64,000 bases of DNA from Escherichia phage Bp7. Made by a program: the position numbers and the translations under genes. The stretch lies in the sequence record NC_019500.1; one strand, given 5' to 3'. Positions 9,036 to 18,087 of this stretch are shown here, piece after piece. The number at the start of each line of letters is the position of its first letter. The stretch's first letter is position 1. The notes beneath the pieces are model-generated. The model searched no databases, was not told the DNA's origin, and was given only the letters and a program-made list of their open reading frames with translations.

Positions 9036-9328
9036 TGACTGATGAAGAACTTTTTGAGTTCTGTTATTTCTCACGTAAGGTTCGAAGAGAGGACCTTACT
9101 GCAAATTTTGAATATGCTTATTTCTACCCATTGGAATATGTATTCATGACAGGGCCCTTTAAGGGCTCTCGTTTTAGATGTCATGCTCCTAGTATCCGAT
9201 TAATGAAACAGGTTCCTTACTTCACTCTCGAGTTCATCTCAGGGCCTTGTAAGGGTATTATTGCTCGTAGTCTCTTGACTTATGACCAAGAGATTCATAT
9301 GATTTCTGATTGGAAAAAATATGTCTAA
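9032..9328 (+). CDS. hypothetical protein (98 aa)
   Basis: ORF with overlapping ATGA junction. Confidence 0.5.
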   Translation: MMTDEELFEFCYFSRKVRREDLTANFEYAYFYPLEYVFMTGPFKGSRFRCHAPSIRLMKQVPYFTLEFISGPCKGIIARSLLTYDQEIHMISDWKKYV

Positions 9329-9539
9329 ATTGACAATTGAAGGTTCTGAAGAAGCTCTGAAAAGATTTGTTGAATGGCTTAATGGACCAGGTGAACAAGA
9401 CTTTCTGGAAGTCTGGGATGGCGGTCGGTGGAATGGTAAAGAAATGATTTACCCGACTACCTATATCTCCGTGCAAGGTTGGACTGAAGGCCTTCGTTTG
9501 GTAGAATATGATATCGCAACTGGCGAGGAAGTGAAATGA
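9321..9539 (+). CDS. hypothetical protein (72 aa)
   Basis: ORF with overlapping junction. Confidence 0.5.
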   Translation: MSKLTIEGSEEALKRFVEWLNGPGEQDFLEVWDGGRWNGKEMIYPTTYISVQGWTEGLRLVEYDIATGEEVK

Positions 9540-9814
9540 TTGAAGATATCAAGGGTTATAAGCCGCATACCGACGATAAAATCGGTAAAGTAAACGCTAT
9601 CAAAGATGCTGAAGTTCGTCTTGGGTTAATGTTTAAAGCTCTGGAAGAAGAACATGTTACTCATTATATGAACTTAGATACCGAAGAGGTTTCTGAACAA
9701 GAACTAGACCAGGCTCATGAACGCATCACCCAGATTCGTAATGCAATTGACCGTCTGAAAGAAGCAAGCATGTGGGCGTGTCGTTCCGTTTTCCAACCAG
9801 AAGAAAAGTACTAA
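9536..9814 (+). CDS. hypothetical protein (92 aa)
   Basis: ORF with overlapping junction. Confidence 0.5.
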   Translation: MIEDIKGYKPHTDDKIGKVNAIKDAEVRLGLMFKALEEEHVTHYMNLDTEEVSEQELDQAHERITQIRNAIDRLKEASMWACRSVFQPEEKY

Positions 9815-9818
9815 AGCA

Positions 9819-9847
9819 GTTTACATCTCCTGTAGGTATGATACTAT
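9819..9847 (+). promoter_or_regulatory. early promoter (PeSL-type)
   Basis: GTTTAC, 17 nt, TACTAT; CTCCTGTAG/CTACAGGAG perfect inverted repeat spans promoter and RBS. Confidence 0.5.
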
Positions 9848-9875
9848 AAACCTATCAACTACAGGAGATTACAAA

Positions 9876-10334
9876 ATGTCAGAAATTAATTCAGAAGTAT
9901 TCATCCGCCGCAACAAATTACGTCGTCAGTTCGAAACCGAATTCCGTGAACTGAATGCGTCCATCAAAAAAGCCGCCATTAAGAGCGGAGTCCCAGCCTT
10001 CTTTATTAAGTACTCTAATCACTTGTTGGACCGTGCTATCCAACGTGAAATCGACGAAAAATACGTTTTTGCTTTATTCAAGCAACTCCATAACCATGTT
10101 AAAGAAATTCATGAATTTTTAATCCAGGAACCTCTGCCTGATGTAGAATCCGAAATTGTCCCTGGTAAAGTGTATCGTCCATTGCGTCTCGAAATTACCG
10201 ATAAAACCTTATGGCTAGGTATGACAGTAGACCGTAAACATCCTGATAAAGGATATTCCCTTAAATGCCGTATGGCATTTGTTAACTCTAAACGTTTAGA
10301 AGGTAAAACCAGCACGAAAGTAATCTATCTTTAA
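9876..10334 (+). CDS. hypothetical protein (152 aa)
   Basis: ORF downstream of promoter with GGAG RBS. Confidence 0.55.
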   Translation: MSEINSEVFIRRNKLRRQFETEFRELNASIKKAAIKSGVPAFFIKYSNHLLDRAIQREIDEKYVFALFKQLHNHVKEIHEFLIQEPLPDVESEIVPGKVYRPLRLEITDKTLWLGMTVDRKHPDKGYSLKCRMAFVNSKRLEGKTSTKVIYL

Positions 10335-10346
10335 TAATGAGGTCTC

Positions 10347-10886
10347 ATGAAAAAAGTATTAGCCACTTTACTATTGACAGTTAGTATGTCTGCCTATAGC
10401 GTAGAGCCTACTTTCAGTAATGAACAACTCGATAATTTACATTATGCGTATGCTTTCGGTGAACAATACCAAAAGTCGGGAAAGTTCAAAGAAAACCCTA
10501 ATCAAAAAGGATTAGGATATATCATGGCCGGATTACTATGGCAGGAGTCATCAGCCGGAATTAATCAAGGTTTAAATAAAGATAAGCACCATGCTTATGG
10601 CATGTTCCAAAATTACTTGCCTACGTTAAGAAGTCGTGTTCAACAGGTAGGTTGGAAGATGTCTGATAAAGAAATAATTCGTATGGTCCAAAAACGACAG
10701 AACAGTGCCTCTTGGGCCTACATTGAACTGTCTTATTGGATTGATGTTCACAAAGGTGACCTGAGAAAAGCGATTGCTTCTTATAATGCGGGCTGGAACG
10801 TCAAAGCAGGCAGTAAATATGCTTCTGAAGTTCTAGAAAAGGCCAATTACCTAAAATCTAAAAAGATGTTTGAGGCGGTATATTAA
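10347..10886 (+). CDS. secreted lytic-transglycosylase-like protein (179 aa)
   Basis: N-terminal signal peptide; SLT-like motifs WQESSAG...GMFQ and SYNAGWN. Confidence 0.5.
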   Translation: MKKVLATLLLTVSMSAYSVEPTFSNEQLDNLHYAYAFGEQYQKSGKFKENPNQKGLGYIMAGLLWQESSAGINQGLNKDKHHAYGMFQNYLPTLRSRVQQVGWKMSDKEIIRMVQKRQNSASWAYIELSYWIDVHKGDLRKAIASYNAGWNVKAGSKYASEVLEKANYLKSKKMFEAVY

Positions 10887-11243
10887 ATGATTAAGCAGAT
10901 GACTATAGCGCTTATGTTGATTGCTCCGGGAGTATTAGCGTCACAAGTTGATGATAGCAATAATTCAATTGTCGAGTATGCTACCCGTACAGCAAAAGAT
11001 TATTGTCATCCAAGTAATACTGAATGTGTTATCGAATTCAGTTCAAAAATCACGGCTGCTTTTAAAGATGGACAGAACGACGTAGAGCATCGACGAATGA
11101 AAGAGAAAACTCTTTCTAAAAGATACGAGCAACGTCTAAACGTTACTGAATGTATTCCATCTGATAAAAAGTACAAAGAAATGTGCGCGTCTATGGTAGA
11201 CAGACTCGTTGACTCGTACAACCGAGGATTAAACTCTAAATGA
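10887..11243 (+). CDS. secreted small protein (118 aa)
   Basis: Signal peptide MIKQMTIALMLIAPGVLAS; several Cys. Confidence 0.5.
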   Translation: MIKQMTIALMLIAPGVLASQVDDSNNSIVEYATRTAKDYCHPSNTECVIEFSSKITAAFKDGQNDVEHRRMKEKTLSKRYEQRLNVTECIPSDKKYKEMCASMVDRLVDSYNRGLNSK

Positions 11244-11707
11244 TTATTGATTATATTAAGGGCGATATTGTCGCCCTGTTTCTTCAAGGTAATAATGTTG
11301 CACACGGGTGCAACTGTTTCCACACAATGGGTTCAGGTGTAGCTGGACAATTAGCTAAGGCTTATCCACCTATTCTCGCTATCGATAAAACCACTTATTT
11401 AGGCAATTTGGAAAAACTTGGCACGTTTACTCAAGCCACAGGTAATAATGGCCAAATTTGCTATAATTTATATACCCAATACGAACCAGGCCCTAATCTT
11501 GATTATGGTGCTTTAGTAAACTGTATGATAGAATTAAATCAACAAGCAAAAGGTCTTTTGTTTAAACCAAGAATTTATATCCCTCGCATTGGTTGTGGTA
11601 TTGCTGGTGGTGATTGGGACAAGGTTTATCAATTGATTAATTTGTTTACTCCTGATATTAATTTAGTGGTGGTAGATTATGAAAGCCCATTACCCACATC
11701 CGTTTGA
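11240..11707 (+). CDS. macro-domain (ADP-ribose binding/processing) protein
   Basis: 155 aa; HGCNCFHTMGSGVAGQLAKAYP glycine-rich loop and IGCGIAGGDW typical of macro domains. Confidence 0.55.
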   Translation: MIIDYIKGDIVALFLQGNNVAHGCNCFHTMGSGVAGQLAKAYPPILAIDKTTYLGNLEKLGTFTQATGNNGQICYNLYTQYEPGPNLDYGALVNCMIELNQQAKGLLFKPRIYIPRIGCGIAGGDWDKVYQLINLFTPDINLVVVDYESPLPTSV

Positions 11708-11881
11708 CCCTAAAAACAAAGCGGAAATTATTCGACGATGGACCGAAACTCGAGTAACCAAATGCCCTATAAAAAGTCAACACAACACCGATAAATGGTA
11801 TATCGGTGAATACGTTGAATATATTTTTATAGATAAAAATAAACGTAAACAGCATGTAGAAGAATATTGCTTAAAGGTGCA

Positions 11882-12073
11882 ATGGTTATGAGTCTGAGTA
11901 AAGAACAGAAAGATAAATTGTTTGAGCTTATCCATGAGCTTTTGGACGAGCATACAGAAGCAAACGCCTTTTATGATGAATACGGCCCTATAGGTGCCGA
12001 ACACCAGGAAGAATTCGCCAGTCGGTTTGATGAGAAAGAAAACGAATTAATTGCTTATGTAAATAGTCTTTAA
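11882..12073 (+). CDS. hypothetical acidic protein (63 aa)
   Basis: ATG 11882 in frame with track ORF 11867-12073. Confidence 0.45.
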   Translation: MVMSLSKEQKDKLFELIHELLDEHTEANAFYDEYGPIGAEHQEEFASRFDEKENELIAYVNSL

Positions 12074-12082
12074 GAAGGTAAT

Positions 12083-12655
12083 ATGGCTCAACTTTATTTT
12101 CACTATGCGGCAATGAATTCCGGGAAGACTGCTTCATTGCTAACAGCCGCTCATAACTACAAAGAACGCGGTATGGGTGTACTCCTTTTAAAGCCTGCGG
12201 TAGACAATAGAGAATCAAGCCATAGCATTTCGTCTCGTATAGGGATTAGTCAAGAGGCTAATGCCGTGACTCCGGATATGGACCTATACGAGTTCTATCG
12301 TTGGGCTGAATCTCAAAAAGATATCCACTGTGTGTTTGTGGATGAAGCACAATTCTTAGAACCTGCACAGATAAAACAACTGGCAAAGATAGTAGACAAT
12401 TATAATGTTCCAGTTATGTGCTATGGGCTAAGAACTGATTTTCAGGGTAAACTGTTTCCTGGCTCTGCTGAATTACTCGCTACGGCAGATAAACTCGTTG
12501 AGTACAAAGGTGTGTGCCATTGTGGCCGTAAAGCTACTATGACTGCTAGGGTCCAGGATGGTATCGCAATTAAGGACGGCGCCCAAGTTTCTATAGGTGG
12601 CAACGATTCTTACGTGTCATTGTGCAGGAAGCACTGGATAGAAATAACGAGTTGA
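12083..12655 (+). CDS. tk: thymidine kinase
   Basis: 190 aa; P-loop AAMNSGKT, VFVDEAQF, C-terminal Cys zinc cluster; strong similarity to T4 Tk. Confidence 0.9.
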   Translation: MAQLYFHYAAMNSGKTASLLTAAHNYKERGMGVLLLKPAVDNRESSHSISSRIGISQEANAVTPDMDLYEFYRWAESQKDIHCVFVDEAQFLEPAQIKQLAKIVDNYNVPVMCYGLRTDFQGKLFPGSAELLATADKLVEYKGVCHCGRKATMTARVQDGIAIKDGAQVSIGGNDSYVSLCRKHWIEITS

Positions 12656-12662
12656 GGGTACT

Positions 12663-12941
12663 ATGGACCTAAATTCAAAGATTTTAATTCTAGCGTTCGC
12701 TGTGGCTATTTCTTATATTGTTCTTTCGCCTATCATGGATGATGTGGCTTACAAAAGAGAGATAGAGGTTGTAGCAGCGACGTATAATGCTAATAATAAA
12801 GAGTGTCCTAATAAAAATGGGATGGATTTAATTAAGGCCCATTATATGCTTTCCATTACCTCGCCTATACAGAGGAATTGGGTTGAATATAATTTTAACG
12901 ACGTGTTCTATTCTTATTGTCGTAAGCTTAAAAAGCTATAA
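12663..12941 (+). CDS. small membrane/secreted protein (92 aa)
   Basis: N-terminal hydrophobic helix; TATAAATA-like motif at its 3-prime end (12937-12944). Confidence 0.5.
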   Translation: MDLNSKILILAFAVAISYIVLSPIMDDVAYKREIEVVAATYNANNKECPNKNGMDLIKAHYMLSITSPIQRNWVEYNFNDVFYSYCRKLKKL

Positions 12942-13033
12942 ATAATAATACTAACCGTAGAGCTTTAGCTTTTGGTAATCGCTATCGGTTAAGGCCGAAA
13001 GGCAAATAGTATAAAACAACAAAGGACTTTTGT

Positions 13034-13327
13034 ATGGATATTTTCCGTACAGCGGCTTGTATCCTTATGGCGGGATGTTTAAGCCCTACAGTTTCACTAG
13101 CAAATGGTGCCAATGATAAATTGATGGATGCATTTGCTAGTAGTGCGATGCCTGTTTATGCGCAAATGAGTAGACCCAGCGTAAAGGCCTCCGAAGACTA
13201 TTGGGCCTATGTTACGGCTTCCTGGAAGATTTCAAGTTGTCGGACTATAGAAGCGTGCTCAATTGAAGGTCGGGCCATCGGAGAGCGTTATGTAAAACTA
13301 ATGAAGGTGGAAGATGAAGTTCAATGA
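13034..13327 (+). CDS. putative lipoprotein (97 aa)
   Basis: Signal peptide ending in lipobox-like LMAGC. Confidence 0.5.
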   Translation: MDIFRTAACILMAGCLSPTVSLANGANDKLMDAFASSAMPVYAQMSRPSVKASEDYWAYVTASWKISSCRTIEACSIEGRAIGERYVKLMKVEDEVQ

Positions 13328-13685
13328 TTTCGTACCCAGTCGAGGGTCTGAAGTGGATTCTTATATTGGTTGGCTACTGGTTTCTTTAGCCTATTTTAAG
13401 TCAGCCCATTTAGAAACCAAAAGCTATGCAAGACACAAAGCGTATGACTTCTATTATGTAGAAGTTCAAGGACCGCTGGACCAATTTAGTGAGCAATATC
13501 TTGGATTCAGTGGCAAAGAATATAAAGCATCATTACCGTCTGCTTCAGACTTGCCTAAGGACCCTGTAGATTTCCTTGACGAGCTTCTTAAAGCATCTGA
13601 TAAATCTATGATACACTTCCTAAGGCCATCCAGTCGACTTTGGACGATATCACTGGTGTCTTTTACCAGACTAAGTATTTGTTGA
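13314..13685 (+). CDS. hypothetical protein (123 aa)
   Basis: ORF overlapping upstream gene end. Confidence 0.5.
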   Translation: MKFNDFVPSRGSEVDSYIGWLLVSLAYFKSAHLETKSYARHKAYDFYYVEVQGPLDQFSEQYLGFSGKEYKASLPSASDLPKDPVDFLDELLKASDKSMIHFLRPSSRLWTISLVSFTRLSIC

Positions 13686-13701
13686 CGTTAGAATAATCAA
13701 A

Positions 13702-13730
13702 GGTCTCACTTCGGTGGGACCTTTTTTTTT
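13702..13730 (+). terminator. rho-independent terminator
   Basis: GGTCTCAC-TTCG-GTGGGACC followed by T9. Confidence 0.7.
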
Positions 13731-13739
13731 CGTTTAGGT

Positions 13740-13768
13740 GTTTACATCCTCTAGGAACGTGATACTAT
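13740..13768 (+). promoter_or_regulatory. early promoter (PeSL-type)
   Basis: GTTTAC, 17 nt, TACTAT plus conserved GATACTATAGACCTATCAACT box. Confidence 0.5.
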
Positions 13769-13796
13769 AGACCTATCAACTAATGAGGAGAACAAA

Positions 13797-14033
13797 ATGA
13801 AACTTACAAGTACTACGGTTTCATTAGAATATGAAATCAACGGTCGTATCCTTGAGATTAAGATATTCGACGACCGAAGTATCTTTGCCGATTATCGAGG
13901 ATACAGAATTCGTCTAGAAAAGGACGAGCTCAAGGAACCGTGGCTCCTTAAAGACACATTAAAGGGATGTGGATGTAAACTGAAAACCACCCAAGCCCAA
14001 GAATTAATTTCTACTATCAACAAATACTGGTGA
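13797..14033 (+). CDS. hypothetical protein (78 aa)
   Basis: ORF with GAGGAG RBS. Confidence 0.55.
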   Translation: MKLTSTTVSLEYEINGRILEIKIFDDRSIFADYRGYRIRLEKDELKEPWLLKDTLKGCGCKLKTTQAQELISTINKYW

Positions 14034-14037
14034 TATT

Positions 14038-14220
14038 ATGTTAACTACTGAACAGATTGAACAAATCCTTAAACTAGCTACTGCTATTGAACGTGATTCT
14101 TATGATAGTGCAGTAGAACATTGCGAAGGCTATTCATATTCCGGAATAGAGCAGTGTAAACGAGATTTGGCTAATTCTAAAGCGGCCTTGGTTGAGTATC
14201 TTAATGAGTTGAAAGCATAA
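14038..14220 (+). CDS. hypothetical protein (60 aa)
   Basis: ORF closely following upstream gene. Confidence 0.45.
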   Translation: MLTTEQIEQILKLATAIERDSYDSAVEHCEGYSYSGIEQCKRDLANSKAALVEYLNELKA

Positions 14221-14340
14221 TGGCTGATGGCACAGGAGCCTGAAGATGATTTACTATCTTGAACCTTGGGCTTGGTTAACAATGGTTGTAGGGTCTGTTT
14301 TAATTGGTTTATTCTTTTCATGGTTAGCGAGGAAACTGTA

Positions 14341-14538
14341 ATGTTATATGACCCGAGTGGTAATTCTGAAGATGGTATTATTGTTCTTTTGGCAGATGTT
14401 GAAGAATCTGACGATGATGTCTTTGTTAAAGATTGGGAAGAAAAAGGTGGAATTACGCTCCAACAAGAAAATGATATGATTTGTCTGAACGCAAGCCAAG
14501 TCGAAGAGCTTTATAGTATTTTAAAACATAACCGTTGA
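14341..14538 (+). CDS. hypothetical acidic protein (65 aa)
   Basis: ATG 14341 after GAGGAAACTGTA; in frame with track ORF 14266. Confidence 0.45.
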   Translation: MLYDPSGNSEDGIIVLLADVEESDDDVFVKDWEEKGGITLQQENDMICLNASQVEELYSILKHNR

Positions 14539-14548
14539 GGAACAGAAA

Positions 14549-15109
14549 ATGATTATTGAAACATCTGAGCTGTTTGGTGACCTGACCGCTGAAGTAGTTG
14601 ATAATGCAATCGTGCTTTCACAAGAAGACGATAAAATCATATTGACCATCCAAGATATCAAACCGCTTTATGATTTAAAGGTTTTGGACAAACAGGATTA
14701 TCTTGATAGACGCCATAGTGCCTCGATTGATATTAACAGCGATGTATGGGCCCAAATTTATAAAAATGAAGACGGATTTAATATTGAAACTAAAACAGAA
14801 TGCCTAAGCATCAGTGATTCTGATAACTTCTTTAAATGTATTTTTAAACTGTTCCAGGAAGAATGCAAGCCAGAAGTTGAATGGAAAGTCCCTGGTCAAG
14901 ATGCGGTGATTCGTTCCAGTGAAACATTTGAAGGTGATGAAGAAGAACTGGATTATGATACCGAATTATCCGTGTATCAACATCAGGGTCGTGATTTGCT
15001 ATCCTTGACCCAAAGACACGATGGTGAAAGTGAAGTGGTATTTACTAAGGATGAGCTCAAAGCTTTAGTCTCTTATCTGAACTCTGTTATCCCAACTATG
15101 AACTCTTAA
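14549..15109 (+). CDS. hypothetical acidic protein (186 aa)
   Basis: ORF with GAGGAACAGAAA RBS. Confidence 0.55.
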   Translation: MIIETSELFGDLTAEVVDNAIVLSQEDDKIILTIQDIKPLYDLKVLDKQDYLDRRHSASIDINSDVWAQIYKNEDGFNIETKTECLSISDSDNFFKCIFKLFQEECKPEVEWKVPGQDAVIRSSETFEGDEEELDYDTELSVYQHQGRDLLSLTQRHDGESEVVFTKDELKALVSYLNSVIPTMNS

Positions 15110-15119
15110 GGAAAATATT

Positions 15120-15572
15120 ATGATTATCAATGCAAACTCTTGGCACGTTAAATTACACGACCGTTTTTATGACCGTCATTCTCGACCACACTCTTTGTGT
15201 GCTTACTTCTGGAAAATGGTTTGGGCTTGTTTTGCTTGTGCTGTTGTTGCAGGTAGTACGCTTTTTGGATTAACTGTTGCAGGTGTTGGTGTATTAGAGC
15301 ATTTCTTTGTATTAAGTACCCCTGTTCTGTTGAGTCTAGGGTTTGTTTTAGGATTGGTTGCAATAGCTCTTATTATTGCGCTATCCATTGGTTTGGCATT
15401 CGGTGCGATGAATTTACACGCATGGTATGATGCCCGTAGAGAAGAAAAGGAATGGCAACGTATTCAAGCTGAGCGTGAAGGCCGAGAAACTAAAGAAAAC
15501 GTTGTCATCCAATATATCAAAGCTCGTAAATCTAAGGTCTGTCCGGTAATCCACTTCGAGAACAAAGAATGA
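15120..15572 (+). CDS. membrane protein (150 aa)
   Basis: Two long hydrophobic helices then a charged tail. Confidence 0.55.
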   Translation: MIINANSWHVKLHDRFYDRHSRPHSLCAYFWKMVWACFACAVVAGSTLFGLTVAGVGVLEHFFVLSTPVLLSLGFVLGLVAIALIIALSIGLAFGAMNLHAWYDARREEKEWQRIQAEREGRETKENVVIQYIKARKSKVCPVIHFENKE

Positions 15573-16579
15573 GAACAGTTATGAAAGGCTACTTCGGTAG
15601 CCATCTTTATGGAACGAGTACTCCGGAATCTGATGTCGATTTTAAAGAAATCTTTGTTCCACATCCGCGTGATATTCTGTTGGGTACGGCAATGAACCAT
15701 ACCAACCTGAACACGAATAACACTGCTTCCAAAAACACCAAAGATGATGTTGACCATGAGCTTTACAGTCTGAAATATTTCTTTAAACTGGCGGCAGATG
15801 GCGAAACCGTTGCTCTGGATATGCTCCACACTCCACCTGAAATGGTGGTTAAATCTGATTTACCTGATGTATGGAAATTTATCCAAGACAATCGTTCTCG
15901 GTTCTATACGACTAACATGAAAGCCTATTTAGGGTACGTCCGTAAGCAAGCTTCTAAATATGGTGTTAAGGGTTCTCGACTAGCTGCACTGCGTGGTGTA
16001 CTGGCTATTGTTAACCAGATTCCTGAACAGTGGGTCGATTATCAAGAAGATGGTTCGACTAAGCAACGTCGTACTCGTGTAGAAGATATCAAACATCGAC
16101 TCCCTGAAAACGAATTCTGTGAATGGGTATTCCATAACCATGAGAAAACAGGCCCTCAAACGTTCTATACTGTTCTTGGACGTAAGTACCAAACTACTTT
16201 ATCTTTAATCGAGCTCAAGCAATCTCTGAATAAGCTCGATGCGGAATATGGTGAACGGGCCCGTAAAGCTGAAGCTAACGAAGGTATTGACTGGAAAGCT
16301 CTGAGCCATGCTTATCGCGCAGGGTATCAATTGTTGGAAATCTACCAAACAGGCGACCTGGTGTTCCCATTGCGCGAAGCCTCTATCATTAAGCTGATTA
16401 AAGCCGGTGAATTACCATTTAAAGAAGTTCAAGAACTTCTTGAAGATACTGTTGATTTGGTTGAAGTCCTAGCCATCCAGGCATCTAAGAACGGTATGCC
16501 TGAGAAGGTAGACATGAAGTTCTGGGACAAGTTCGTTGAAGAGGTATACCTCGACAACCACAACTCGTATTATAAATGA
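15569..16579 (+). CDS. nucleotidyltransferase-fold protein (pol-beta-like NTase superfamily)
   Basis: N-terminal GSHLYGTSTPESDVDF matches the G[GS]x9-13Dh[DE] NTase signature; about 336 aa. Confidence 0.55.
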   Translation: MRTVMKGYFGSHLYGTSTPESDVDFKEIFVPHPRDILLGTAMNHTNLNTNNTASKNTKDDVDHELYSLKYFFKLAADGETVALDMLHTPPEMVVKSDLPDVWKFIQDNRSRFYTTNMKAYLGYVRKQASKYGVKGSRLAALRGVLAIVNQIPEQWVDYQEDGSTKQRRTRVEDIKHRLPENEFCEWVFHNHEKTGPQTFYTVLGRKYQTTLSLIELKQSLNKLDAEYGERARKAEANEGIDWKALSHAYRAGYQLLEIYQTGDLVFPLREASIIKLIKAGELPFKEVQELLEDTVDLVEVLAIQASKNGMPEKVDMKFWDKFVEEVYLDNHNSYYK

Positions 16580-16582
16580 TAA

Positions 16583-16602
16583 AAGGCCTTCGGGCCTTTT
16601 TT
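16583..16602 (+). terminator. rho-independent terminator
   Basis: AGGCC-TTCG-GGCCT followed by TTTTTT. Confidence 0.7.
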
Positions 16603-16622
16603 GGGTTTAGTGCAAAAAAGAG

Positions 16623-16650
16623 TTTACACTCTCGTAGAGCATGTTATTAT
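16623..16650 (+). promoter_or_regulatory. early promoter
   Basis: GTTTAC, 16 nt, TATTAT, then GGACCTATCAA box variant. Confidence 0.45.
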
Positions 16651-16687
16651 GGACCTATCAAATCTACTGAGTGAAATGGAGAATATA

Positions 16688-17668
16688 ATGTTAACTATCA
16701 AAATCAACAAAGGTATCTATCGCGGTAATGTAATCTCTGGTACGTTCATGAGTTCAGGTAAAACCTGGTTCCCTAATAAAATTCATGAATCCGAAGCTCA
16801 CCTAGGTGATGGCAAGGTATTCGTACAGATTGATGGTGTTGAACGTGGTGTATGGGTGTTCAAATGTGATATCGAAACCGAAGGTGCTGGAGCTCCTGCA
16901 ATGGTTACTGAATCCGCTGAAGAAATGAAACATCGCATTAACAAACGTTTTAAAGTAATGAACATGATGACTAATGGAATCATCGATGGTAAAATTCGTT
17001 CCCTTATCATCTCTGGTGCCGCAGGTATTGGTAAAACGTATTCTTTGGATAAAGCATTACAGAATGCCCACGAAAATGAAACTATCGAATATAAATCAAT
17101 CAACGGAAAGATTAGTGGAATCGGTCTTTACGAGCAGCTTTGGAATAACCGCGGCCCTAATAGTGTTCTTCTTATCGATGATGTTGATGTATTCTCTGAT
17201 ATGGATATCCTGAACCTTCTGAAAGCGGCATTGGATACCGGTGAAAAACGTAAGGTGTGCTGGAGCACTTCAAGTTCTTACCTCGATGATAAAAATATCG
17301 ATAAAGAATTCGAATACGAAGGCACCATCGTGTTCATCACCAACGTTGATATTGACCGTGAATTAGAGCGTGGAACTAAACTTGCTCCACACCTCCAGGC
17401 TTTAGTATCTCGTTCAGTTTACTTAGACCTCGGAGTTCACTCGAACGAAGAGATTATGGTTCGTGTTGAAGACGTTATCCTGTCCACTGATATGATGCAA
17501 AACCGTGGTCTGACTGACGCCGAGACTTACCAAGCTTTAGCATGGATGAAGGCTAATGTATCTCGTCTTCGTAACGTATCATTACGTACAGCTCTTTATC
17601 TGGCGGATTTCATTGCCACCGATAAAAATGACTGGGGTGAAATCTCTGAAGTTACACTTCTGAAATAA
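16688..17668 (+). CDS. AAA/P-loop ATPase (326 aa)
   Basis: Walker A GAAGIGKT, Walker B LLIDDVD; start ATG 16688 after GGAG. Confidence 0.6.
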   Translation: MLTIKINKGIYRGNVISGTFMSSGKTWFPNKIHESEAHLGDGKVFVQIDGVERGVWVFKCDIETEGAGAPAMVTESAEEMKHRINKRFKVMNMMTNGIIDGKIRSLIISGAAGIGKTYSLDKALQNAHENETIEYKSINGKISGIGLYEQLWNNRGPNSVLLIDDVDVFSDMDILNLLKAALDTGEKRKVCWSTSSSYLDDKNIDKEFEYEGTIVFITNVDIDRELERGTKLAPHLQALVSRSVYLDLGVHSNEEIMVRVEDVILSTDMMQNRGLTDAETYQALAWMKANVSRLRNVSLRTALYLADFIATDKNDWGEISEVTLLK

Positions 17669-17680
17669 GGATAAATTATG

Positions 17681-17733
17681 TTCGAACAATTGGTCCCGAA
17701 GTCGCATGCTCCCGGCCGCCATGGCCGCGGGAT
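17681..17733 (+). other. cloning-vector polylinker-like sequence (pGEM-T-type, T7-side arm)
   Basis: GTCGCATGCTCCCGGCCGCCATGGCCGCGGGATT (17700-17733) matches the recalled pGEM-T MCS up to the T-overhang site; upstream ~20 nt is a diverged ApaI/AatII region. Confidence 0.75.
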
Positions 17734-17745
17734 TATCGTGATGCC

Positions 17746-18030
17746 ATGAAACAGTCCGTCGAGGACTATGATAAAGAAGTTGTCGACGGATATACTAATA
17801 GAGTTTATAAAACTGAATGCGAAGAAGGAGACTACAGGAGATTGCTCTTGGCCGCGAAGACCCAGGCCTTAATAAATCTAGACCGCAAGCAGGTAAAGTT
17901 GGCAGGCGACTTCAGAGATAAGCAGCGCGCCATTCGTAGTGATTATCAAGAGCGTATCGCTCAACAAAGGAAAACTGTGACCCAATCAGCGTGGTTTAGT
18001 GGACAAGCAGGTGAAAAAAGTTTCTATTAG
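17746..18030 (+). CDS. hypothetical protein (94 aa) inside the vector-flanked segment
   Basis: ORF with noticeably higher GC than flanking phage DNA, no clear RBS; function unknown. Confidence 0.35.
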   Translation: MKQSVEDYDKEVVDGYTNRVYKTECEEGDYRRLLLAAKTQALINLDRKQVKLAGDFRDKQRAIRSDYQERIAQQRKTVTQSAWFSGQAGEKSFY

Positions 18031-18032
18031 TT

Positions 18033-18061
18033 GTTTACATCTCCAGTAGAAATGATACTAC
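18033..18061 (+). promoter_or_regulatory. early promoter (PeSL-type variant)
   Basis: GTTTAC, 17 nt, TACTAC; CTCCAGTAG/CTACTGGAG inverted repeat with compensatory changes. Confidence 0.45.
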
Positions 18062-18087
18062 AGACATATCAACTACTGGAGGTTATC

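Noticed and set aside
12942-13033. Possible small RNA in the 92-bp gap after the TATAAATA at 12937
   Set aside because: Only weak, imperfect pairing; no convincing hairpin or terminator.
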